64,000 nucleotides of DNA from Octopus vulgaris (taxonomy: Eukaryota), in contig OX597831.1 of NCBI GenBank assembly GCA_951406725.2, positions 11,284,001 to 11,348,000 on the forward strand. Reading direction: 5' to 3'. The number at the start of each line of letters is the position of its first letter. Position 1 is the first letter of the stretch. This document shows, piece by piece, positions 17,181-29,903 of the stretch. The position numbers were made by a program, and so were the translations under genes. Under the pieces are notes generated by a model, which saw only the letters and a program-made list of their open reading frames with translations, was not told the DNA's origin and did not search any database.

Positions 17181-17550
17181 GGTTACGACGACGAGGGTTC
17201 CGGTTGATCCGAATCAACGGAACAGCCTGCTCGTGAAATTAACGTGTAAGTGGCTGAGCACTCCACAGACAAGTGCACCCTTAACGTAGTTCTCGGGGAT
17301 ATTCAGCGTGACACAGAGAGTGACAAGGCCGGCCCTTTGAAATACAGGTACAACAGAAACAGGAAGTAAGAGTGAGAGAAAGTTGTGGTGAAAGAGTACA
17401 GCAGGGATCACCACCATCCCCTGCCGGAGCCTCGTGGAGCTTTAGGTGTTTTCGCTCAATAAACACTCACAACGCCCGGTCTGGGAATCGAAACCGCGAT
17501 CCTATGACCGCGAGTTCGCTGCCCTAACCACTGGGCCATTGCGCCTCCAC
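17181..17550 (-). mobile_element. tRNA-derived SINE (Arg-like head), full length, well preserved
   Basis: The head is GGCGCAATGGCCCAGTGGTTAGGGCAGCGAACTCGCGG...GGTTTCGATTCC (A box, TCG anticodon-like loop, B box). The 3' half is shared with family A copies, and the element is flanked by (TA)n. Confidence 0.85.
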
Positions 17551-17689
17551 ATATATATATATATATATATAGATAGATAGGTAGATAGATAGATAGATAG
17601 ATAGATTACATACATACTTGTGTATATATGTAAATTTGTGCACACATTTGTGCATGTCTACAATCATTCGCCATGCTGGAGCGCTGAAA

Positions 17690-17860
17690 TCTCCAAGTTC
17701 TTTTTTCATTCTCTCTCTCTTTATTTTCTCTTATTCCTTTCTGTTGAAGAGCTTTGGCTCTAAACGTGAAAGGCTTTCTCACTTTCCCGAGTGTCAAACG
17801 AATACACCTGCTTGCTGTGCATACACCTGTCTTCATCTTTTGCTTTTCTGTAAATTTCAT
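17690..17860 (+). mobile_element. Penelope-like terminal fragment, decayed minimal hammerhead
   Basis: CCTTT CTGTTGA A GAGC tttg GCTC tAAA CGTg AAAGG at 17736-17773. Same family as 57470-57640. Confidence 0.55.
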
Positions 17861-17939
17861 ACAGATATATATATGTATGTATGTATGCAGGTATGTATGT
17901 ATGTATGTATGTATGTATGTATGTATGTATGTATGTACG

Positions 17940-17973
<34 letters not shown>

Positions 17974-18057
17974 TGTATGTATGTTTGTATGTATGTATAT
18001 ATGTTTGTATGTATGTATGTATATATATATATATATATATATACATCCGTATGTTTG

Positions 18058-18095
<38 letters not shown>

Positions 18096-18469
18096 ACCGT
18101 ATGTTTGTGTGCGTATATATATATGTGTGTGTGTATTTATGTATGTGTGTATATGCATGTATGTATGTATGTATAATTTACTGTACTGTAAAAGTAAGAT
18201 TAACAATTCAAAAAGTACTCCATCTTGTGAGAGATAAATATCGTTTAATGTACATAGTATAACGTTACGAGATGCTAATAGTTTTATGCTTTGGTGACAC
18301 GTGTTTAGGCTGGATTTTATAACAGGTTTTGTGTCTCCCAGAAAGCTGCTTGGACACATGTCTTTACAGTAAGAAAGTAATAGCTGATCGTATTTTTATA
18401 CAATGTATATTGAATAATATATGCATGTATATGTATTCATAGATAGATAGATAGATATAGATAGAGAGC

Positions 18470-18552
<83 letters not shown>

Positions 18553-19547
18553 GTGCATGGATAGATGGATAGATAGATTGATAGATTAATAGATAGAAGG
18601 ATGGGTAGATGTAGATATGTATGTACGTGTGTGCATATGTACAGGGGATATATGTATATATGTATGTTTGCGTATGTGTAACTGTGTGTATGCATGTGCG
18701 TGCGCACGCGCGTGTATATAACGTTTCAACGTTTTCTTTTTTATTCTTCACTGATAATGCTTCATCAACTATAGAAGCCACCAACCCCCTTATTTTCCTT
18801 GTTATTCTCCCAACACCCTCCTACTTCACCACACTCCGCAGCGCCATCTCCATCTCTCCTCTTCGCTCTCCCTTTATTTCCTCATTACGAATTTCCCCTC
18901 TGCCCTTACTTCCCACTTGCCACTCCCCCATCCCCTAACTGTCCCTCATTCTTCTCGCCGCCATGTTCATGTTTTATAACCGCCCAAACGTCGGCCATCT
19001 TGTTTCCACTTGTTTACAACTTATAGAATTCATTTCTCATAATTCCGCTTATCTCGAAACATCAAAAATAAAAAATAGAAAATTACACCGTCATTTAGCA
19101 CTACCGCCATCATCATCATCATCATTACCATGACCACCAGCACTAAGAACATTACGACCATTGCCATCGCCGCCATGAATTTATTCTGCTATCGTCTCCC
19201 CCATCAACCCCACTCTCACTATTACTACGCCACCACAATTAACATCACTACCACCACCTCCACCATCACCACTTAATCATCCCTCCACCACCTCCACTAC
19301 CACCGCCATTATCACCTACCCAACCCAACCCAACCAAAATTACAGTGAAGGAAATGTTATTTTTTCTGCTATTTACTCAATCATTTCTGAATGATGTAGA
19401 GGGCGTTACTGTCGTTGTCCCTTAATAGACCCTATTTTCATTGAAACATATTAATAATACAGCCAAAGGGTCAGGGGGAGAGAAACGAAACAAACAAACG
19501 AAAAAAAGATTTAAATAACATAAATTCTGTGTTATGTATCTTTCATG

Positions 19548-19628
<81 letters not shown>

Positions 19629-19629
<1 letters not shown>

Positions 19630-20050
19630 TTCACCATTCAAACCGACAGAGAGATAGATACAAATAAGCCAGACATATTGAAAGACTTCAGATAAAAATC
19701 ATGCCTCCTCATTGATATGACTGTCCCAATCGATATAAACGTATCTGTCAAGGCCTACCAAAAACTGAGCAAATATAAAGATCTGGAAATAGAAATTAGA
19801 ATCCTGAAGACTAAAATAATACCTGTTGTCATAGGTGCCCTGGGAATGATAGCAAAAGGGGCTGATTGCTACATAGCTCAGATACCAGGAAACCCCAAAA
19901 TGGCAGAAATTCAAAAGATAGTGTTCATGGAACTTGCCCATATCTTACGTAAAATACTGCCTATGTAATCTCAAATTTGAAAACAAACTCATAATTTTCT
20001 TATGGTTTCTTAAACATTCTCTAGAACAACACTATGTACAAAACCAAATA
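19629..20050 (+). mobile_element. R4/Dong-like non-LTR retrotransposon 3' fragment (restriction-like endonuclease)
   Basis: FTIQTDREIDTNKPDI...LLIDMTVPIDINV...KLSKYKDLEIEI...IIPVVIGALGMI...EIQKIV...HILRKIL*. It starts directly after (TAA)n at 19549-19628. Confidence 0.85.
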
Positions 20051-20374
20051 TAAGGGAAGGGGATGTGTCGATTTCATCGACCCTAATACTTGACTGGTAC
20101 TTAATTTATCGACCTCGAAAGGATGAAAGGCAAAGTCGACTTCGGCAGAATTTGAACTCAGAACATCGCGAGAGGCGACATACCGCTTAGCATTGATAAA
20201 AATAAAAATAATAATAATGTTTTCATTTATTTGACACAGTAGCGAAGGATGAGGGGATCAATACAATGACAGACATAAAGTGTGAGGATTTATATATAAT
20301 GAAATGATGAAAAAAGAAAGAAAGAAAGGAAGAAAGGAAAGAAAGAAGGAAGAAAGAAAGAAAGAAAGAAAGAC

Positions 20375-20421
<47 letters not shown>

Positions 20422-20499
20422 AAAAGAGATGACATATGCGCAGCAGACAAACGTTTAAAAAATAGTGGCGGAGAGAATGATAGAGATGTGGCCCTCCTC

Positions 20500-20860
20500 A
20501 TAGAGGAAGGACTCTAGAAATAATCGAGGAACCCCATTGTGCGAGATTTTACTGAAACCCCAAGAACACGTGTCCTCTTCAATTCCTTCTCCCCGACTCT
20601 CAGGTCTACACTTAGAGAGGTACCATCCACTCTTGCCATTTTCGCAACTTTCACCCACCTTTTAATAAACTCACTCGAGGACAGCTCTTCCCTCTCCACT
20701 CTCATTTTTCATTTCGAGTGAAACTTGAAGAAGTCAATGAGAGCTCTGCCAAAGATCAACATATCTGTTCTCATGCCTTTCAGCCATGTCCATCAAACAG
20801 CCTCATTCGCCACATACACCAGGCAAAGTAAACCTGCCTTACCTGCCTGATTGATGGAGG
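20500..20860 (-). mobile_element. Tx1/L1-like LINE 3' fragment
   Basis: The minus frame reads LLCLVYVANEAV*WTWLKG...LIDFFKFHSK*KMRVEREELSSSEFIKRWVKVA, resembling the Tx1 ORF2 C-terminal ER....F..RW motif. Confidence 0.6.
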
Positions 20861-21226
20861 GCAATAATAACATTAACCCTTTCTACTATAGGTAGAAGGT
20901 CTGAGATTTGGAGGAAGGAGGTAAGTCGACCCCAGTACTTGACTGGTACTTAATTTATCGACCCCGAAAGTATCAAAGGCAAAGTTAATAAGAATAATCA
21001 TTTCTGTTATAGGCACAAGGCCTGCAATTTTGGGGGAGGGGGCCAGTCTATTAGACTGACTCCAGCACTCAACTAGTACTTAATTTATTGACCCTGAAAG
21101 GCAAAGTCGACCTCGGTGGAATATGAACTCAGAATGTAGCGACAGACGAAACACCACTAAGCATTTCGTCCAGCATGCTAATGATTCTGCCTGCTCAACA
21201 CCTTGATGATGATGATGATGATGATG

Positions 21227-21285
<59 letters not shown>

Positions 21286-21499
21286 TGTAACAATATTGGT
21301 TTTATACTGCTGCAGAAGGCCAGGAATTTTCAAGGGCAGGAGAAATCAATTACATCGCCTCCCCTGTTACATGATTTATCGACATCGAATGGATGAAAGA
21401 CAAAGTCAACATCGGCAGAAATTGAACTAAGAATGTGAAGAGTTGGAGGAAATGCCGCAAAACATTGTCCGACCGGATAACGATTCTGCCAGCTGGCCG

Positions 21500-21840
21500 C
21501 AAATCTAAGTAAATATCAGGATTTGGAAATTGAAATATAAAAGATGGGGTATTTTAAAGCAAAAACTGTTCTTGTTGTTTTAGATGCCGTGGGTGTGGTA
21601 AAAATGGAATTTGAGAAACATCTAGACCCATCCAAGGAGAAACATGTCTCAAAGAAATCCAAAAGATTCTGCTGCTAAGTACTGCCAACATCCTTTAAAA
21701 AGAACCCTATCAATTTAATTGTCTGTGGAGGAAGTTCGCTACTGCCGTCATCACTTCCCCTACCCAAGATTTCAGTTAAACTGTAGCATCTCTTAACATT
21801 CACTTACCCTAGGGCGTTGAGTATGCCTTGGCAAGTGATT
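21500..21840 (+). mobile_element. R4/Dong-like LINE 3' fragment, older copy
   Basis: LSKYQDLEIEI*KMGYFKAKTVLVVLDAVGVV...KEIQKILLLSTANIL with stops and a frameshift. Homologous to 19629-20050. Confidence 0.75.
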
Positions 21841-22811
21841 TACCATCAGAGAATTCCAGCCGTGGCCATCTCATCTGTTTCAAAAGTTTTACTTTGTAAT
21901 TCTAATCATTATCAGTAATTAATTACGAAGAAAAGCTTAAGATACATATAATCAAGTTTTCTGTCAAACGATTATATTTCGTTCGCCACTCGAAAAATTA
22001 TTCTTTGTGTATACACAATTCATAAGATTTTGTTAGATTCATTAGTCCGGGTGATTATCACTGACGAGTCACAAAATATTGAAACAACGGTGTCCGAGAA
22101 TCCCTTGTATAAATGATTCGACATTTTCCCGTAAAAAGGAGTTTCTCTCCTTCGATGAACACAACAATTGCTATATTTGGGCTCAGATCTGGCGGGACAT
22201 ATTCAGTATAAATATGCATGCGGTCGATTGATTCTGTCTGTTCACCGTGCATACGGCGATTTCTTCATTGGTCGGTAGATATAAGCAGGAATCACCGAAT
22301 AGGAATCACCGAATCGCTGAAATTATATACAAGACCATCGACTCCTGATAGACTCATTGATCTGTATACTTGTTGGTGACGAAATGCAATATGAAGAAAC
22401 GCCGGTGATACAAAATCATTTGCACTAACGATTCGATTATACTATGGACACAGGATTGGCATAAAGGAAAAGATATCCCTCTGTGACCAATACAGCAGCT
22501 ATTTGCATATTTGCATTCGAAACTGACGCGACATATTAAGAATGAGTATGAAAATCATCATTTCAGACGTCGCTTTATACGGCGCAGTTACTGATTTCTT
22601 ATGTTTCTTATGAATTCAAGTTGTCCTAAATATCTATAAATAGCGCACACATGATAACTATTTCATTTCCTGTCTCTGATGAGGATAAACATTAATTAAT
22701 TAATGTCTCCAATAATTATAATTAGAAATTTTGATATTCACTGAAACAGATTGTGATGTTTCTCATTGCATTGAAATTTATATCTAGATTCACACACACA
22801 CACATATACAG

Positions 22812-22866
<55 letters not shown>

Positions 22867-23116
22867 CATACATATATCTATGTATAAATACATGTGTATA
22901 TATATGTGTGTGTATATAAATACATACATATTCACAGGCACACAGTCATATACATCCATTATAGATGCATATATATACACATACATACACATATATATGT
23001 TTATATATATATATATATATACACACACATGAAAAATATATATGCACACACATACACACACACGCCTACACACGCACACACACACACATGTATATATACA
23101 TATATATATATGTATG

Positions 23117-23186
<70 letters not shown>

Positions 23187-23199
23187 CATAAATTTGGAA

Positions 23200-23563
23200 A
23201 TGATAGAAAATCGAATGAACGACATTCAGTGTTTAAAACCTTTACAATTGTTTCGACACATTTTACACCTGTAGCACATTAGTGAGGTATAGTGTAGTCA
23301 TTATCATACATCAAACGTGCAACATGAACCTCTTCGAGTTATTACTTAAATAAGTCCTCCGTTAGATCATGTGGTTATTTCACTCAGTGTGATGATGCAT
23401 ACCCTGCTTATTCAAGCAATCAACTGAAGAGGTGCATTTTATGCTCTGACTGTATAATAATGATTACACGACACGTCATTAAAATTACTAAAGTTGTAAA
23501 ATATGTTGAAACAATTGTAGCGATTTTAAGAATGTCGCTAATTCAATTTTCTATCCTCCACTT
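23200..23563. mobile_element. Diverged inverted repeat of a Penelope-like terminal sequence with a long-stem-II hammerhead-like motif
   Basis: 23200-23340 aligns to the reverse complement of 23420-23563. The right arm has CTGAAGA (23424-23430) ... GAAACAATTGTA (23508-23519). Confidence 0.55.
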
Positions 23564-23579
23564 ATATATGACATCAGGC

Positions 23580-25085
23580 GCCCTTAAACTGTGGTGGAGC
23601 TTTGCATAGCATAGTACAAAGTTTTAACCCGAATCTTATTCAACTGAATGACAATGCCATTTCTTTTCCCAGTGTTCACACTCGTTGTATCAGCGATAAC
23701 CATCTTTACACAGTTCTATAAGTTGTATACATCTAAAACATTTGTTATTCCTTTCACACCAGTCTCGGCCTTTCCCTTTGGAAATTCGTGCACTTCTAAC
23801 TTAACTTCTCGCTGTTCATTCTTTAAAACTAGCACTTGATATTCTTGGTCATCGATACGTTTACCATCAAAATGCAATGACCAGTTTTCTAAATGTAGTG
23901 TTTTCTTCATTTTCTTCTTTAATAGTCAATCTGTAAATACCAGATTGGGAAGGAATCTCGTCATTGATTCCATCTTCAGATAATTGTCGACAAACCATTG
24001 CTGCTTTTTAGGGTGATGGCTTAGAAGATATTACTAAATTGTCTGCAGTTCTAGTTTTGTTATATTTCCTCCTTGTTTGTGTGGATTCTTCATCTGATGT
24101 TTTGGACTTTTGACGATAACACTGGAGTTGCTCTTATTGTAGTAGGCATTAAGGACACTTTTGTTCTTTTGGATGGAAGTTTTGGAACTGGCTGCCTTTC
24201 TAGTTTCATACCCAACCTGTCCCGTGCTTTCAATTTGAAGATAATATAACTTTCTATCCTCACTGCACAGCCATTTACCGTTTTCCTTTGTGATGTCAAA
24301 AATTCCTTTCAATGAATCGTATTTTCTTCGTTTTACACATTTATCGTAGGCATTCAGTACTTTTTTTTAACATTTGCTTTACATTTTGAATTGATAAACA
24401 CAGGAGGTTTAATTTCTTTTGCCATAAAAAGTTACTTCTTTGGAAATTTCCTTTGTTCTTTCTTTCCATCCTTTGATGGTACCTCCAAGGAACAGGGAGC
24501 GACCGACAATTTGAAGTTTCATTGGTATCCTGGAGTTGTTTTCCAAAGAATGCTCTTCTAGAGGAACAGGTCTTCTTTTCCTATGTGAGTCTTGAAATTG
24601 CCCGAGATTCTTCGTCCAGATTTTTTAGTTTCTTTGAGTGACACAAGTACTTCTCTTATGACACATTATTTTAGATACTCTACTTGGATACTCTACTTCT
24701 GAAAGCAGTTAATATAGTCAGAATTTTTGGCGCCACAGAAATAAAAAGGAGAGGAAGATAACATTTCCTAAAGTAGGGCCTAGGTGGTAATAAATCAAAA
24801 ACTCCTAAAGTACTTAAACTTGAAAGCTGAACTTTGAGATATACTGCTTCTGCATTGCATCAAGTCAGCACACCAGGTTTCGAAAGAAAACTTGAGTAGG
24901 CATTATGAACCCCCTCGAATTTTGCATGATTTGTGTCAAAAGTAGTGTTGTAATTCTTCAGTTGGGGGTGACGTTTTTAAAAAATTTAAAATAAAGATTA
25001 TTTTTCCCTAACTATATGAAATTGTTTATTGACTTTTGATACAGGAAATTGTTTGCTTTCAAAAAATCAAAAGGTCATAATCCTA
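23580..25085 (-). mobile_element. Decayed DDE DNA transposon, hAT-related (hATm-like), 3' truncated
   Basis: Frameshifted transposase pieces: ...WLCSEDRKLYYLQ..., NWSLHFDGKRIDDQEYQVLVLKNEQREVKL..., MVIADTTSVNTGKRNGIV. The H(W/F)DGK and DTT.NTG motifs carry the first two catalytic Asp residues. The putative 5' terminus is TAGGATTATGACC at 25085, next to (TA)n. Confidence 0.75.
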
Positions 25086-25165
<80 letters not shown>

Positions 25166-25186
25166 CACACATATTTACATATATAC

Positions 25187-25231
<45 letters not shown>

Positions 25232-25943
25232 TATATGTATATATTCATACACATATACGTATTTGTATAAGTATACTTATACGTATATGTGTATATATAG
25301 ACACACCTACATACATGTATATGTATATTATGTATCTATGCGTGTATATACACACACATATATATATACATAATAAACATATATATATAGAAACATATAT
25401 ACACGTACATACATATATACATACACACACACACACACACGCACGCTCATACACACACCGATCGTATATGCACGCCAATGCGACAAACAGACAATGAAAT
25501 AAAGCAAAAGACGCTACGACAGGAATGGCTTATAGGGAGAAGAAGCCGACATTTTCTGCAGACCCGTTAACACATGAGCGAAGAAACTAGCTGACAGACT
25601 GACAAAGCGACAGGCAGAGAACGACAAACAGACAGACAGAGTGCCAGACAAACAGACACAGAGACAGACCGACAAACAGACAGGCGGAGCCGCAGCCAGA
25701 GTGGCAAGTGAACAACTTGACAGAAAAATGGATGTTTATTAGTGGACAAAATTTTACGAAGTCCTCCATCAATAAATAATAAAGCATGGCAGAATGAACT
25801 GTCATTTGTCGGCCAATGGATGACAGCGGCGAGAAGAATGTCATCATGGGATAGTTAGTGGTGACACGTGACTTTCTAAGGGGTGGCGTGGGGTGGGGGT
25901 CAACTACATCCTGTTCTTATTCTTCGTCTCACACCTTCTGCAA

Positions 25944-25974
<31 letters not shown>

Positions 25975-26670
25975 GATGATGATGATGATGATGATGATGG
26001 ATTTGGTGGTTGCGCCGGGGGTGGGGGTGTTGGTGGAAGTCGTTTTGAAGATAGTAGTGACGATGCTTATGTTGTCGATGGTGACGATGGTCATGGAGAT
26101 GTTGATGATAGTGATGATGATGACGATGATGGTGATGATGAGGATAACGACGACGACGTCGACGACGATGATGATGATGATGATGATGGTGGTGATGATG
26201 ATGATGATGATGACGATGATGATGATGGCAATGATGATGATGATGATGATGAGAAGGAGGAGGAGGGGGAGGATAACGACGATGACGACGACGATGATGA
26301 TGATGATGAAGATGAGGATGATGGTGATGATGAGCATGATGATGAGGATGACGACGGCAGGAAGGAGAAGGATGGTGATGATGATGATGATGACGATGAG
26401 GGTGATGACGGTTGTGGAGGTGACGGTGGTGTAGTGGTGGTGGTGGTGATGGCGATGATCAGAAGGTGATTGTGATAATGATAGTGGTGTTGGTGGTGAT
26501 GATGATGATGATAATGATGATGATGATGTGAGGGCGCTAATCAGTAAGATATTGATGAAATTGATGTTGGTGATAATGGATGTGTACAGGGTCGGTAGAG
26601 GGGAGAATGATGATGATGATGATGATGGTGATGGTAGTGGTGGTGGTGGTGGTGGCGCTGATGATGATGG
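25944..26670. repeat. Compound (GTT)/(GAT)/(GGT) trinucleotide repeat region
   Basis: Imperfect triplet repeats with all frames low-complexity. A similar tract is at 52635-53010. Confidence 0.85.
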
Positions 26671-26691
26671 TAGTTATACCATTATGATTGT

Positions 26692-26910
26692 TTAAATCAG
26701 GTCAGCTCTAGTCAGGCAGGTTTATGATCAAAGGCATTCCAGCCGTGAGCATCTCGTCTATTTTATTCTGTATTTTTGCAGGCACAGTCTACCTAGAACA
26801 ACAGTATCCAATGTATTCTTACTTTTTAAAGACAATGGCGCGTTGTTTAGAGGAGATTTGCTTGCTATTTCTAGGATATCGAATGATTTTGAAGAGAATC
26901 CCAGGTTAAT
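26692..26910 (+). repeat. Unclassified dispersed repeat (family E)
   Basis: The CAGGTCAG...TATGATCAAAGGCATTCCAGCCGTG...GCTATTTCTAG motif chain recurs at ~31630, 32860-33130 and 33880-34030. Confidence 0.55.
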
Positions 26911-26960
26911 GCAACCCAGCTGATGTTGTTGCTGTTGCTGTTGTTATTGTGATAGTGATG

Positions 26961-27025
<65 letters not shown>

Positions 27026-27577
27026 GGTGGTGGTGGTGGTGGTGGTGGTGGTGGTGAAAACGAGGGTGAAGATGATGATGATGATGATGATGATGACAAC
27101 GACAACGACGACAATGATGAAGATGATGACGATTATGCTGATGAAGAGAGGGAGGGGGAAGAGGAGGAGGAAAAGGAAGATGAAAGGACGATAATGAGAA
27201 ACAGGGGAATGTGGAGAAAGGTTGAGTGGAGGCGGAGTGTCCCCCACCGACGCTTGTGAACCGGTGTTTATGCTTTTACGTCCCCGAAAGAAAGCGGTTC
27301 GGCAAAAGAAATCGATAGAATAAGTATCGGGTTTTTAAAAAATATAAATGCTTGGCTCGACTCTTCCGACTAAAAATTCAAGGCGGTGCTACAGCATGGC
27401 CGTAGTCTAATGACTGAAACAAGTAAAAGAAGAAAAGATAAAATATTCGGTTCTCAAATAAATTCCTTTACTTTCTTCCATTTACAATAATCTGTTCGAA
27501 TTTCAATTAATATGGCTGATACTTTTATCGTAGTGCTTTATATTTTTTTTTATATTTTGAGGCTCTAATTATTTCTC

Positions 27578-27772
27578 AGCAACTCTGGCTTTTATCTACA
27601 ACTCTCGTTTTTCTCTGCAACTCTCGTTTTTCTCTGCAACTCTCGTTTTTCTCTGCAACTCTCGTTTTTCTCTGCAACTCTCGTTTTTCTCTACAACTCT
27701 CGTTTTTCTCTACAACTCTCGTTTTTCTCTGCGACTCTCGCTTTTCTCTGAAACTCTCGCTTTTCTCCACAA

Positions 27773-27775
<3 letters not shown>
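27578..27775. repeat. 19-bp minisatellite (CAACTCTCGTTTTTCTCTG) x ~10
   Basis: Directly visible tandem array that grades into (CT)n. Confidence 0.9.
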
Positions 27776-27815
<40 letters not shown>

Positions 27816-28031
27816 CCTCTCTCTCTCTCTCTCTTTCTCTCTCTCTGTCTCTCTTCTCTACAACTCCCGCTTTTCTTTATAACTCTCGTTTGTCGCTTTT
27901 GAAATTTTAATAAATTTCACCACTTTCCAGGCATATGACAAAGGAGTACCGAATAGAATGAAACGAAAATGTCTGACAACCAAATGGAAGCAATTTCCGC
28001 CAAAGAAAATTAGTATTTATTTTATTCACAC

Positions 28032-28572
28032 CTTTTACGTTTGACTTGTGTCAATCATTGGAAAGCAGCCATGGCGGGACACCGCCTTGAAGTGGTGGTT
28101 TCGTCGATGATATCGACACCATTGTTATTAGGATTTGTCTGTTATTTAATCTAATCGGTTCTTTTGACGAACCGCTGAGTTACAGGGGCGTAAAGAGACT
28201 AACACCGGCTAGCAAGCAGTGCGGGAAGGGAGGACAAACGCAGCACAAATGCAACGGTAGATACACACAGATACAAACACACACGCACACACAGACAGAT
28301 AGACACACACACACATACTCGTAAGTACGCATGCACACACACATACACACACACACACACATACACACACACACACACATACACACACACACACACAAAC
28401 AAATACTAACAACGTGCTTCCGCTCAGATTCCGTTAAACGAAATTCATTCACAAGGCTTTCGTAGGTCCATGATTACAGCAGAAGATTCTAGCTGAAGGC
28501 GCCACGCAGTGGGACTGAACCCACAAGCATGTAAAAAGCCACAACCTCTTAACCCACACAGCTACACCTGCT
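28032..28572 (-). mobile_element. SINE family C copy (diverged, expanded internal CA tract)
   Basis: Head and tail are homologous to 31731-32103. Further partial copies are at ~3881-4590, 8040-8270, 27245-27440, 28880-29100, 36826-37050 and 59260-59460. Confidence 0.75.
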
Positions 28573-28798
28573 CTTTTTATTTATATTTTCACTATTTTCT
28601 TCCTATCTTTAATTAACTTTTAATTTGTGCACATATATAAATGTGTGTGTGTGTGTCCGTATGTATATATATATGTATATATATATATGTGTGTGTGTGT
28701 GTGAGTATTTGTGTGTGTATGTATATATAGGTATATATATATATAATATATGTATGAACATATGTATATATATGTTGCATATACATATATATATACTG

Positions 28799-28872
<74 letters not shown>

Positions 28873-29509
28873 CATATCTTCTTTTATTCGTTTACTTGTT
28901 TCAATCATTTGGCTGCGGCCATGCTGGAACACCTCCTTTAATGGTTTTAGTCGAAGCAATAGACCGCATGATTTAGTCTTTGTAAGCCTATTACTTATTT
29001 TATCGGCTTCTTTTGCCGTATTACCAGGTTACGGGGACGTAAACACCCCAACGTTGGATGTCAAGTGATGTTAGGGGGAGGGGGACAAATAATCTCAAGG
29101 ACACACACACATGAATGTGTGTGCGCGCGCGTGCGTATGTGTATACAGTAATCACTCGCCATATCGCGGTTCACTTATCGCGCCCTCAGTACATCGCGGC
29201 CTTTTCTGGCTAATATATGTTAATTTATATCGCGGGCTCCTTAATTTATGTCGCGGGTTTCTGCGGCCGATAGGTATTTATAGGCTTTTAAATTTTAATT
29301 ATTTCTGTGGTGAAATAAGCATTTTCACGCCTAAAAATGAACAACATAATAAATAAAAATACAGTACAGAACTGCATTGTATAACACATTAATGAAAGTA
29401 TATTAAAAGAAAATACGTGATGTGCCGTAGATAAACAAAGAATCGCACATACTGTCTGGAAAAGGAAATTCGGGAGACAAGTGTGTGTTGTTGTTTTGTA
29501 TTTATAATA

Positions 29510-29900
29510 ATGAAATTATTGTATACAGTGCTCAGGTGCACCACAACTTCTTAAAAGTGCGTATAAAGTATATGCAGTAATGTACAAATGTCTGGAAAGC
29601 AAACAGTGTATGAGTCAGATACATGCTTGCGTGTGTATGAAGGGGAGAAAATCAGGTGTAGTGTTGGAGAATCTCAGGAAGCATGGAAGTTTTGAAAGAT
29701 GCAGTGCTCCAACAACTAACAACCGATGCCGGTAGTTTGTTCCATGCTTCAGCATCTCTTAGCGTGAAAAAATGTTTCCGAAAGTCATGGGAGCTGTGCT
29801 GTTTTGTGACTTTGTAAACATGTCCACGGGTTTTAGACGGGTGGAGTTTGAAAAGGTGCTCAGTGTTATTGTTTGTAAGATGGTTAATAATTTATGATAA
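29510..29900 (-). mobile_element. CR1-clade LINE 3' fragment
   Basis: The minus frame reads KTRGHVYKVTKQHSSHDFRKHFFTLRDAEAWNKLPASVVSCWSTASFK. This matches the CR1 ORF2 C-terminal TRGH...R..FF..R...WN.LP..VV....FK signature and is followed by a 3' UTR. Confidence 0.8.
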
Positions 29901-29903
29901 AAT

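Noticed and set aside
17480-17550. tRNA-Arg gene
   Set aside because: It has A and B boxes but no complete acceptor stem, and it continues into a SINE body.
19717-19968. 83-aa ORF as a host gene
   Set aside because: It is the endonuclease C-terminus of a 5'-truncated non-LTR retrotransposon, with homologous decayed copies elsewhere in the window.
25858-26469. 203-aa Asp-rich ORF resembling an acidic biomineralisation protein
   Set aside because: It is a (GAT)n tract open in several frames, with no signal peptide, splice context or true ATG start. The same pattern recurs at 52612-53024.
27578-27775. CRISPR-like array
   Set aside because: The units are contiguous with no unique spacers, there are no cas genes, and the context is eukaryotic.
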